DNA from: Hydrolagus colliei
Lineage: Eukaryota
DNA: 64,000 bases
Assembly: GCA_035084275.1 (NCBI GenBank)
Contig: CM068746.1
Span: 15,934,001 to 15,998,000 of the forward strand
Reading direction: 5' to 3'
Positions 46,724 to 58,544 of the stretch are shown one piece after another. Numbering within the stretch: the stretch's first letter is position 1; every line of letters begins with the position of its first letter. The notes beneath the pieces are model-generated. The model saw only the letters and a list, made by a program, of their open reading frames with translations. It made no database searches and was not told where the DNA came from. A program made the position numbers and the translations under genes.

Positions 46724-49700
46724 CTGTGATAAAAAAAACATACACAAAACAGAACTGAAAAATATATCTGACTTGTCGGCAGCTAAAAACCTAACAGTAC
46801 TTGTATGATTTGATACATCATCTGAGACCCACACAATACTCCAGAGGCCATGAACCTTGCTAACACAGCACAATCTACAGGCACAGGTCAGAACTGAAGC
46901 CCTGAGTATGGTGGTGACTGCCAAAAATATAATACATTTGGCAAGACAAATGCTCTGCTGTACAGAATAGATTTTGGAATGAAAAAGTCTGCTGTTGCCA
47001 AAGTTCCAGATAAGATAGCTCGTCTTCCATGGACTTGAAACTTCACAAATCAAGTGGTAGGGGACAAAAACAGACCTATAACGTCACAACATTAACGTCA
47101 CGCGATTTGACCTGCGGTCTGACCCACATTAGCAGAAACCAGTGGGTGTGGTTTTGTGCCTGCAGTTCTTCATACACTGGGGTCTTAGGCTGCCTGCTAA
47201 AAATAGCGATTTTTCCGCTATGTTTTTACAATGGAATTTGATTATAAAGCCATAGCTAAAACATCGCTATTTTTAGCGATCAGAGTAAAATCGACCCAAG
47301 TGAGCTCGCACTTCAGATATCAAGACGCAGGATGAAAAGAGATTCACTCAAAATGTAAACGTGTCAACTACGGTCACTTGTGGATGTTCTTCAGCAACTG
47401 GTTCCAGAGCAGCGCCGAAATTGAAAGCATGTTGCTCACTGGACCTCTCAATAGAGGCACAATTGTCTTGCCTTTGGCATGGAAGATTCAAACCGAATCA
47501 AAGTTAACCTCAGATAAACAATTGTTGAGGGTGCAGCTCTGTCTGTTTGAGCTCCATTGTCCGCTTCTCTTCTTTGAATTCTACAGTCCATTTGCTGTCA
47601 TCCACCAAGAGTGCACATGGTCAACCTGCCCCTGGTTTTGTCAATGCCCTCGGTCTGAAGCTAGTTGCGAGGATGTGTGCAAAGTTGGAACTTTCCTGAC
47701 ATATTAAACAAAGGTCCTATCTGCTTGTTTAGATGAGGTACAGATCAGCCATGATCTAATAGAACGGCAGAACAGAATCGAGGCACTGAATGGTCTACTC
47801 CTAGGTTTGAATGTTAAACATCCCACCATATGAAAGGGAAAGGGAGTTTCTGCTCATCTTCAGGCCAACAGTCCTCCAGATTAACTGGTTGTTCACCTCA
47901 AGGCTGTTTGGACAAATTTATTGGCGCAATTGGTTGTCGAGTTTGCCTACAAAAACAATCATTATACTTGACAGTGATTACCTGGGAAGTGCTTTGAGAC
48001 ATTTCTATGTGATAAGGCGCTATAAAAACACAAGTTTGTTCATTTTCCCACCCCCTTTATTCCTCCAATGCCATGCATTATTCTTTAGCCAAGAGGATGC
48101 AGCTGGAGGGTGGGGAGACCTACTTATGAGCGTTTGCCAGTGCTACTCTTGATCCAAATACTCAGATGTGTAACAACAGTTGGAATGGACTTGCCTGCAA
48201 CTTTCCTTCCCTCCCTCCCTCTCAGCGATCTGCTTCCCTGCTGCTTTGGGTGCCCCGACTTAAAAGAAAACCTTGTGCAAGATTATGTTAAACTGCCAAC
48301 AGAAAGGGATTGGGAGCTGGATACAGGTTTTTTACTTTTCACTCATACTTCTTATAGGAATACATCTCTTGGAAGAATACTGTGCATGCATGTAGCTTTG
48401 CTCATTAGTGATAGTTTTATGAAGTTATTACAATGCCATTTAAAATAATCAACTATAAAGCTTTTAGGTGACATTAGACCAAAAGACAATCTTAGAGCTG
48501 AAAAGGTTGGGACGTCAGCGCCTTGAGACGTCCTCCCGACGTGAAAGGTGCTCTATAAATGTAGTTTTGTTGTTGTTGTTGTTGTTGTTGTGAGAATGGG
48601 GAATTTGTTATCCCAGAAGATTGGATATTAAGAATAAATTTTGATATTTAAGGAGAGATACTGTGAATAAACACATAGGAAGGAATAATAATAATCCTTG
48701 TATTTGACATAGGGCCTTATCATGTCTTTGAGGCGTCTCAAAGTGCTTCACGGAATGTACTGTAAAGTGAATATACTGTAATGTGTATACTGTATTTTGT
48801 GGACAAAACATGAAGAAAAAGCAGAGAAACACAATTAAAGGGTTGTTCTTATAGCTGAGTGGAGTCAATCGCTTCACACCATCTGCATTTGTACTGGTGT
48901 GAATGCTGCTACAACTCTCTGAAAGTAGCTAGGCTTTCAAGTTCTAGCATGATTCACTTTCATATTGTTCATCTCAGTCCCAATTTGTACTGTTAGATGA
49001 AACATGGCAAACTTTACAAAAGCATCTTACCGTTTAAATACCAAATTCAACTTTGCTGAATTCATCAAACCTAGATAAAGTGTTGTCAACATTTTCACCC
49101 AATAGGACTTTAAGAACAAACCAAATATTGATATTGGCTGAAGTCGTGATGTTTCATACAGTGAGAGGCTGCACTAAATTATTAAAGATAGTTTTATTGT
49201 GCAAGAGCACACAATGAGGCAGAAAGTGTTTCTTTCTGATTCTGGATGCTTTACTCATCAAATTTGTGAACCATTAGTTTACTGACTGCACTTTTTAAAC
49301 ATTGTGAGGTAGAAATACCATTTGGGTCTATATTTATTCTATTAGCATTGCATTTGTGCAGAATTTGGCAAATTGTTGAATTTAGTTTTAACTTTGAAGC
49401 TTGTTTTCTGTAGTTCTTAAAAGAAAACTAGCTTCAGAATTAAAAGTTGTATTTAGGTTCCGGATGGTGTGACATGCAATATTAGTAGCATAAATTCAGA
49501 CCTAGATAGAATTTTTACTGCAAGAATTTTTAGTTTCTCATCTTCTTCTATCTATCCATCTTCATCTATAATATTAAAACGACAATGTGTATCCGTGCTT
49601 CAGGAAGGATCCCAATGACCAATTGACATAGGGACATGATTTATACCTCATCCAAAAGGTCTTGTATCTGGGAGTGATGTGGGCATATTTGTTTTGGGGT

Positions 49701-50697
49701 ATATCCTATTGTTCATGAGTTATTTTCAGTTTTGTGTTTTTTTGCTGCAGTTACATCTGGTGGCGCAGAGTCACAGTGGTGCTGTGGCATCGTGCATCAC
49801 AGAGCACCTACATATGTAGGCATGCACTGTAGTTACACCTGGTGGCTGCACATCCTGCACCACAGAGCAAATAGCCAAGCGACAAGAACAAAATAAAGAA
49901 CACAAACGAAGCTAAACGATGGCAACAACCACAAAATTACATTTCTGAAACCCTGAGGCCTCCCACTGAATCCTCCCAGAAGTCCTCCCACAGGAGTCCT
50001 CCCAGATGAGTATAGATAAAGATGAAATGTCTGTCTGTGTGTCTTTTTGTGTGTCAAACTACATTCCATATTTGATCATTGGTTGCAAGCGTAGTTGCAA
50101 CATGTACAGCTAATCTGTAATAATAATAATAATCTTTCCATTTGATTTAACAACTTATCACATCTTCGTGATATCCCAAACACTTCTTAGGATGTACTGT
50201 AAAGAGTGGTGGCTGTATATTTTGTGGGCGAAATGCAGCAGCCAATTGCACATGTAAGTGTTCCACACACAGTCATGGATTGAGTGTCCAAATTATTATT
50301 GTTATTCGTTTTTCTTTTTGTAGAATCCTCCAATTGACCAACAACTGGATTCCAACTCACCGCCAGGCAAATAGGCGTTTGTGTGTGTGGAGCAAGGAAA
50401 CTTGTCTGGTAACCAAACCCAAGTCCCAATGCCTCATTTAGTTTAGCAAAGTATTGGTAGAATGATGTGGAGATTTGAAGATTAATTTCATTCATGTGTT
50501 ATAAATCTGTTCAGCACAATATTATGTGATCATGTTTGACCATGTTTGGTGGCTGTTACAGAAAATGTCAGTGATTCCTCCAAGGAAACAGAAACCATCA
50601 CTTTACATTGTAGAACGTGCATACATTGTAGTGTTATTATATGAACTAGCTTCATGCAAAATGACTTTATCCCCAGTAATAAAGGAAGTAAACCTAC

Positions 50698-50851
50698 TGA
50701 AATAAAAGCCTCGATTACCACACACAAATTGGAGAGTATCCACCAAATCTGAACCGCAAAGAGTCTCTGGATTGGCTTCCACTCCACTCAGGATTAGCAC
50801 ACACAGCGTCAGGTAGAAGAGATGAGGGTAGGACACAAAAGCCATCCTAAC
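50698..50851 (-). CDS. IGF1: IGF1 exon encoding signal peptide and B domain (mammalian exon 3)
   Basis: tttgcag|GTT AGG ATG...TTC A|gtagg. 154 nt, [51 protein letters not shown]. Confidence 0.97.
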
Positions 50852-52537
50852 CTGCAAAGATAGCAGAATAAATTTAGCATTTAAATCTCAATCTCAACTA
50901 TTTGGCATTGATAATATAATATTAATAATAGTAGCAATTGATCTAGTGTCTTATCACGTTGTTAAGATGTATCAAAGCAATTTCAGAATATAATGTCAAA
51001 TGAATTGACTACTTTGTGAGCAAAAGGGGGTAGCCAATTGCACTCAGCAATGTCCCACAAACAGTTGTGGCTTCAATTATCAAATTAGTGTTACATTTTT
51101 GTTTAGGGCGTATTACATTTGGCTGTAGCAAATTTAAAAAAATCCTTCTGATAGTAACACTGGTGTTTACTCAAAAATAACATGCCTGCATTTTAACTAA
51201 AGGCGAGATAAGGCACAAGAAATATACTTCTTGTACCTAACGAATGAGCTGCTTATGTAGACTTCTTAAATATCATGCAGATTACTGTAAGACAAGTTAT
51301 AATAATTATAATCCTTGCATTTGATATAGCACTTTTCACATCTTCTGGACATCTCAAAGCGCTTCACAGAATATACTATAAAGTGAATTGACTGTATATT
51401 TGTGGGTGAATCGCGACAGCCAATTACGCACAGCAGTCATGGATTGATATGACCAATTAATTATTGGGTTTTTTTGAGGGATTATTATTAAGTTCTAACA
51501 AAACAATTGATTTGATTGACACAGAGAGAAATAGAAGAATCTGCTGTTGCTCCGTAATATCTGCCCTCCAAACCCCCCACCCCCATTAATATATCAGATT
51601 TCTATAGAGTATCACACTAGGTTAGTGACAAAAGCAGATTACTGCTTAGGTCAATGAGCTGACAAGTGACTTAAGGTACATTTAGCCTCAGTTTGGAATT
51701 GATTCTAACTCTACTGATGAAAGAAAACCGGCCTTAACACGAGCATATCACAATGACTTAATTAAAGTACATTTAACTAATATATGTTTCACTAGACAAT
51801 AATGTAGAGTACTGTACTTATATTAATCTTAGACTGAGCACTGAAGCAATTTCACTGCGGGTTTCATTCTGATGTTCGAGTCTGTAAAAACTACCTTGCT
51901 TGGAAATGCTACTGATGATTACTTTAAACATTGACATTGTGTTGCCTCCAAGCGTCACACAGGAGCTGATATGTTACTCCACTACCTTAGACAGCTTTGG
52001 TGCAGAGTATCGAAGAGGTACACATGCATATCACTATGGGCATAAATTACACATGGATGTTGTATAATGATAATAGCAATAAACTCAAGAGAAGCACATA
52101 TAGTACCAGTTATTCAGTGGTGAAATGTGGGATTCAGTAGTTAACTGGTGAACAAGCAAGACTAAATGTATCATAATGCCCCAATTGATCAAGAATATTT
52201 TCATCATGTAGTGTTTTATTGTTCCCTCAGTTTCAGTTTACCACATCGGTTGAAAAGAAACATATATTTTCTGTTGAACATTATTGGGGGGTTTTATTTT
52301 TACTGCTAGTATTTTAATACTCTAGAGTTTTGTGAAAGGACTTTGATCCCTCTTCATACGTGGCCGAGTATCACTTTGGAAATTCCTGAAACATAAATGT
52401 CAATAAAGACACCTTTATGGCCAATTTTGCTCACAAAATACAAGTCAAACCACAAATGTCTAACTTGTTCCTCAATTCCAAACAGTTGAAAGCCGTTAAT
52501 ACCAGTGAACTGACTGAAAACAGCCTTCTCCAAGATT

Positions 52538-52900
52538 GAAACAAAAACAGAAATCGCTGGCAACACTCAGCAGGTCAGGCAGCGTCTATGGAGAAAGGAA
52601 AAGTGAGTCAACGTTTCGGGTCCACAACCCTTCGTCAGAACTGGGGCCTGTTGGGAGGGAGAGGCTTTTAAGCATTAACAGAATGGGGGAAGCAGGGCAA
52701 GGAAGACAAAGGAGAAAATGGGGTAGAGGGCAAGAGATGATGGGTTAAAGAGGTGTTAATATTGTAAAACAAAAGGGGGAATTGCAACAAAACTGGAGAA
52801 AAGGGGTGTTAATAACGTTAAAATAAAGAGGGGGAAATTACCAAAGAACAGGCAGATCAGATGGTTGCAGAAGAGGGGGATGGTGAGCTGTTATGGCCTG
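52538..52900 (-). mobile_element. Penelope-like retroelement terminal fragment containing a hammerhead-ribozyme motif
   Basis: The minus strand reads a pyrimidine-rich tract, then agttCTGACGAagggttgtggacccGAAAcgttgact...gctgcctgacctgctgagt...; same family as 7705-8003. Confidence 0.65.
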
Positions 52901-53084
52901 AAATTCTTGAAATCATTTCATGTAGATTTTCTAAATTGTCGATTTCCTTCCTGGGGCATGTGAATGTGGTGTTTGTGAGAAGAGAGAAGGGAATCAAAGA
53001 GGTATGGGTGACATTGAACTCGGGTGCTATGGTGTTGCTGTTCCAGTCTTCTGAATACCAACATTGCCCTCTTCAAGGTTTCAG

Positions 53085-53300
53085 GTGGAGTCCTGTAGCT
53101 CACTGGTTAGAGTACTCGCCTTGCAAGCAAAGCGAGAGACCTGGGATCAATTCCCAGCAGGGTGAAACCCTGGACAAGTTGACAATTGTTTGTCAGACAA
53201 TATACAGTCAATTCACTTTATAGCATATTTTGTGAAGCGCTTTGAGATGTCTAGAATATGTGAAAAGCACAAAATCAAATGCAAGAATTATTATTATTAT
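53085..53300 (+). mobile_element. tRNA-headed Deu-type SINE with central deletion
   Basis: Head and tail match the family; core missing. Confidence 0.82.
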
Positions 53301-54691
53301 TTCTGCACTTCTCTTCCTCCCTTATTTACTCCACAGGGTAGTTACATTGCTCATGGATGTGGTCCACTTGAGTTGTCCTCTTTGTCACAGATATTCAGTA
53401 CCACATACCCATTTGATAAATCACTTCTTACAATACCTCCAGCCTACTTCTTCCAAATCTGTGTCCTGTTACCCATTTCCCTTCCACTACACCTTCAATC
53501 ATTTTCCTATCCCTTGTCTCCCTGCCCCCCAACTTGGCTCTGAATCCCTGAGTGTCCAGCTCCTCGGGACGTCCTTTTCACATGAAAGGTGCTCTACAAA
53601 TGTAATTTGTTGTTGTTGTTATCAATTACATCTGCCTACATGTTGGCCACTGGCTGAAATATATGTTTGAATAGCATTTCTACCTCTCTTATGTGACAAA
53701 GTGTTCCCAACTGCTGCTGAAGCTCATAAACTTTGAATTAAAACAAGCAATCCGAGCCACTGCCTACATGTGTGGTCATCCCTGGCACATAAACTATGCA
53801 AGAATTCCAAAATTACACACAACGCAGGCATCAGCTAATGAACCGGATCCCTTGCTCAAGTTCAACAAAGACAAACATGCACTTACTTTAGTGATTTACT
53901 TAAGAAGTAAGGCAAATTTTCACTCATCACCTCATTTGCACTCTTGGCAAATCTGCTCGATTCCTGTCAAGCTGGCTGGCCTTTTGCCTGTGCTATTTCT
54001 TTTAAGTTATTTCAGGTAAAAATGTTTTGCATTTTCCACAATCCAAATGTTATCTTGTTTATAAAGAATCAATAACTGGCTAATACATGACCAGGGCTGG
54101 CAGTTAGTTCGTAATTGATTGAATGATTAACAAATCAGTTGTCCATCTCTAAACATCAACAAAACTACTTTATGACTGGCTTTCCTGCCCTGGGGTTTGT
54201 TTTAAATCAATTGAATATCGTTTCTGAATATCTTTACCAACCTCGAAACGTAATCACACCACTTACCAACTGTAATCTGCCACAATCATCAAATTCACTT
54301 GACTTTGCTGTGCGCCTCTCAAGCTCCCTCAACATTCCGCATCAATCCTCAGTGAAGCTAACACACTGCGCGCTCGCTTCCAGTGTAACCTGCTTTCAGC
54401 CAGTATCACCCATTGCATCAAGAACAACAACTTGCATTCATATAACGCCGCTGATTGCAGGGTAGCTCCCCAGAACCCTTGACGATGAAGGAGCATGGCT
54501 CCGAGCCTGCGTTGAGGGTGGGGGGTGGAGGGGGAAGGATGCGACTGTAGGATTTCGAACTCTGTTCTTTATTTGCTAAAACTTCAAATAGACAGTTCAC
54601 CATCACTTGCTGAACAAGGGTTGCTGGATGGACTGATTGAGTGAGGGTGTGCATTAATGGCTTTTCCGTTGGGTCCCCAGTATACACTTAC

Positions 54692-54736
54692 CAGATCATT
54701 GTGTGCTTCAGGGTGACAGGAGTACTCTGTACTCAT
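54692..54736 (-). CDS. IGF1: Candidate alternative IGF1 leader exon (exon-2-like)
   Basis: gtaATG AGT ACA GAG...GAT CTG|gtaagt; 15 codons MSTEYSCHPEAHNDL, phase 0, in frame with the exon at 50851. No transcript evidence. Confidence 0.35.
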
Positions 54737-56790
54737 TACAGGCCCCTGACTACTGATAGCTATTACAGTACCTAACATACAAATTTAAAAAAGTGGCCCA
54801 ATAAAAACTCAACAGTTTCTTTGAAAAATAAAATGTTAATGCTTAATAATAGTTCGACATTTTCTTCTGAAATACTAACTCAGCCAATCGCTAACTAATG
54901 CTATTGCAATATTTAAGCAGTATTTATTTTGAACGTTTGCAAATATTAGCAGTCCATATTGAGCGGCAAAGCCAAAAACTCTTAATCAACTCTGACTATC
55001 TGTAAAAAAAAAAAATCCTTTCCATGTGAAACTATTACAGGCCAAATTATTTCACCAAATGCCTGGGACCTTTCCAATATAGCAGCCAAACAGGCAAAAA
55101 ATGCAAGAGGGAGTTTCATTCGTGATGTTATTCTCTGGGTCTCGCCAAATAAAATATTCTGATTCTATCCCTCCAGAACACATTTGAAATAAGATTACAC
55201 TGCGGTTTAATGCACACACACATACACACACACAACTTGCATTAAAAATACACTGAGTTGGTTTCAAAGGCTGATCTGGAAATTGAAGGGATTGCCTAAT
55301 GGGAAGATGGGTATGTCCACCACAAAAATAAATCGGGGGGGGGGGGGGGGGGGGGGTTGGCAGGTTAGTTATGTTGGTTTGGGAAGGGGGGAGGCGAGGA
55401 AGCCCTCCAATGAAAAGTGTGTTACTTTCAGGAGGTGACCCACAACGCAAGAGATGTGACAGTGCACTTCAAATAAACATTACTTTCGTGCGTGTTATGT
55501 TTGCGAAGAAATATGACACTTTTCGTATGAAAACAGCGTCTTCACTCAGTTGCTGCACCCGTGGAAACACTGTACTGGAAACCCTATCTTGCAAAGAACT
55601 ATCAACTAGAAGAAGCTGATGGTTTAGCAGACTTTTGTGTGTGTGTGTCTTTAACTTTAACTGTTGTATAAATATTTTTTTTTGCTTGAAGCAAAGTCGA
55701 AGCCTCGACCAGATGTGTGTGATTTGGCAGCTTAAGGGGTCTACAGTAAGTCTTTAAAAACGCTACAAATGTCTTCAAACCCAAACGGGAGAGGCTTAAA
55801 TACAAGAATAACTCAAGTCGAACAGTGTGTGATTCCCTGAACGCTAGCCTCATCATTCTCCACAATGAACCCAGATGCTCCCAACTGCCTTTAACATTGT
55901 AAAGGAACAAATCCTCAGCAAAGTTAGAATATATATGTATGTATATATATATATATATATATGTACAGTATATATACAATTATATATTTTAGCCTGTCGA
56001 TATTTTAACATGAAACTCTGTAAGTCATTGCTAATAATAAAGTCACCTTTATTGCATTGTGGTTAATCCAACCAAACAGGCAAAGAATGCGCAAACTTAC
56101 ATAAGAAAGTAAATAATTTAATGTTGCACTTTCAACTGGATTCTCTGCACGATAACACGTTGCCAATTCCCCTTCTTTTTTTCGAAAAATAATGCTGTGA
56201 TAGCAGAATTGCAGTTTTGAAGGGTTTCACAAACGATTACATATCCCCCCCCACCCACCCAAAAAAAATCACATTTACATTGACAGGACCAAGAAAATAA
56301 TCTTGAAATGGTACAGTTTGCTAATTGGCAGTCGAGTGGTGGATATTTTCTAGGTTGTTCACTGACCGTATTCACAGCAGCATTTTCCTATTGCAGTAAA
56401 ACTGTGGAAATTCATCTGCTGGACTCATTCCTGTTATACAGCCCGACACTGAATACTAACCCTGTACAAACTCCTGAGTTACCTGCAATTCGTGTAAAGT
56501 CGTGCCGCTCCAGGAAGGAGCACTTTCACAGGTTTAGTTGGGGTTTTTAAGGGGGTGGGTGGGGGGTAACAATAAAAAAAATAACAACAATCCGCTAATC
56601 CTTATGAAAATCTCAAAACCTACACACAGCCTCCAATTAATTCATAATCTGTTGTTACAGGGGGGGGGGGGGGGAACCCCATTCACTCACACACACACTC
56701 ACATATATATTATTATACATATAAACAGGCTCAACAGCAATAATAATAATAATAAATAATCAGAAGAAGAAAAACAAAACAAAAAGTCAC

Positions 56791-56850
56791 CTTAAAGACT
56801 TCTGTCAGGCAGCAAGAGATGCATCTGATTTGTGTCTGTGTCTGTTCCAT
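56791..56850 (-). CDS. IGF1: IGF1 exon 1 coding part
   Basis: gtgATGG...TTT AAG|gtgac. MEQTQTQIRCISCCLTEVFK, vs human [21 protein letters not shown]. Core CDS 447 nt = 148 aa. Confidence 0.88.
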
Positions 56851-57024
56851 CACCTGGGTGGGATAGACAATGCGCCTTGGTCTCTCTGTCCTGTGAATGC
56901 AAAGAGGGAGGGAGGGGAGAGGGGTGTGTGTGAGTGTGTGTGTGTGAGTGTGTATTGTGGGGATGTGTGTGTGTGGAGGTTCTGCTCAGCCCTCTCACGT
57001 TTCTCTCAATTTCACACCAGAAAC

Positions 57025-57175
57025 AGAGGACTCCGATCGATTGCGCAGACTCATCTGAGGATCTGATCCGCTTTCAGGGACAGTGAAAACATTCCAGCGA
57101 ACGGGATTCACAGAAATCCCTTTATCTCCATCAAACACACTCACAGACAGGAAACAGCTGCGGGGGCATTCACTT
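57025..57175 (-). promoter_or_regulatory. IGF1 promoter 1 / 5' UTR conserved block
   Basis: Minus strand has cagctgtttcctgtct (57145-57160), agataaa, tcactgtc and ctgcgcaat (C/EBP-like) in the order I recall from the human IGF1 exon-1 region; TATA-less. Confidence 0.7.
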
Positions 57176-57189
57176 TGGACGTGTTCTCT

Positions 57190-57665
57190 TAAATATATAT
57201 ATATATAGAGAGAGAGAGAGAAATACGAAGGAGTTTTCGCTCATTGTTTCAAGCAACGTTTCTGCAGACACACAGACAGATGTAAGCACACACACACACA
57301 CACAGAGACATGCATAGACACACACACAGGGACACACACACAGACACAGACATACATAGACACACACACAGGGACACACACGCAGACAGACACATACACT
57401 CTCTCTCACACACACAGATACAGAGAGATAGAGAGAAGTAAAGGGTTTTTTTTCCAAGTAAAGTCATTTTTTTTTCTTGTTGTAACCAACAGAGGATCTT
57501 TTCAATCAGTTTCAGTACAAATGCAATTGAACAGTCCAGGAGGTGATGGTGGTGTGAGCGTGTGTGTGTGTGTGAGAGAGACACAGAGAGAGAGACACAC
57601 AGAGCAACTGTTGTTATCACCACTAATAAATATAGTGAGTGAGTGAGTGAGTGCACCCACACACA
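57190..57665. repeat. Compound (TA)n/(GA)n/(CA)n microsatellite field upstream of IGF1; further (GT)n at 56924-56975
   Basis: Direct inspection. Confidence 0.92.
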
Positions 57666-58544
57666 TAAAGGAGAATCGCTGCAGCCATCAGCTTTGCTGA
57701 ATTATATTACTGTGTCCACTGCTCAACAGAGATAGGGTGGGTTTTAATTTTCATCAAGATATTAAAAAGTTTGTGTTATAAATCCATTATAAAAAATTGG
57801 GTAACTCAGTCCCTGACTACCACCTTTCACCCACAAAAATGCACAGTCACTACACTTCACAATATATTCCTGAAGCCCTGTGAGATGTCTCATCGACCTG
57901 ATAAGGCGCTATATCAAATGCAAGGATTATTATTATTATTATTATTGTTGTTGTTGCATTACACGTGTGCATAGTGTCCATTTCGCAATAGGGATGAGGT
58001 GGGTTTAATTGTCCTAAAAATACTAAATGGTGCGGTTTTGTGAAATCAGTTTACTGCTTCTGAGTAAAAGCAGAAGCAGTTATCTGTGGATCTGTGTACC
58101 CTTTCACCTCCAGCACTCCCCCCCCCCCCCCCCCCACCCAACCACCCAACCACCCCATTCTTGGTGTGGGATCAAAATCGCATTAATTAATCCTATAATA
58201 ATCCTTGCATTTGATACAGCGCCTTATCATGTCGTTGAGACATCCTAAAGCGCTTCACACAATATACTGTAATGTGTAATGACTGTATTTTGCGGGAAAT
58301 ACATGGCAGCCAATACGCAGCAGTGTCCCAACAAAAGTGGTGGATTGAGTGACTAATTGTTTTGGGGAAGGATTATTACCCCCAGGAAACTAACTAACAA
58401 CCATGTTCCTATATACTGCTGAGTGAACAGAGATATATGGAGTAAGAAAACTTGTCCTAGGTTTCACCCCACCTCGGATTTGAACCTAGGTCCTTTCACT
58501 TGCGAGGGTCTTGAGCCTAATTGACAAGCATATGGAGATGAGGA

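Noticed and set aside
46557-50851. Alternative identity of the gene as IGF2, IGF3 or insulin
   Set aside because: The exon-1 peptide, KPTGY C-domain start, NYRI* Ea ending and PMCH synteny all indicate IGF1.
55335-55400. Long poly-G run as a functional G-quadruplex
   Set aside because: Homopolymer G/C runs recur (56660, 58118) and look like ordinary slippage tracts of uncertain assembled length.
50852-56790. GH-responsive paired STAT5 enhancer in IGF1 introns
   Set aside because: Only an isolated TTCN3GAA (54817) was noticed; single 9-mers are expected by chance and I saw no tandem pair. A systematic scan is needed.
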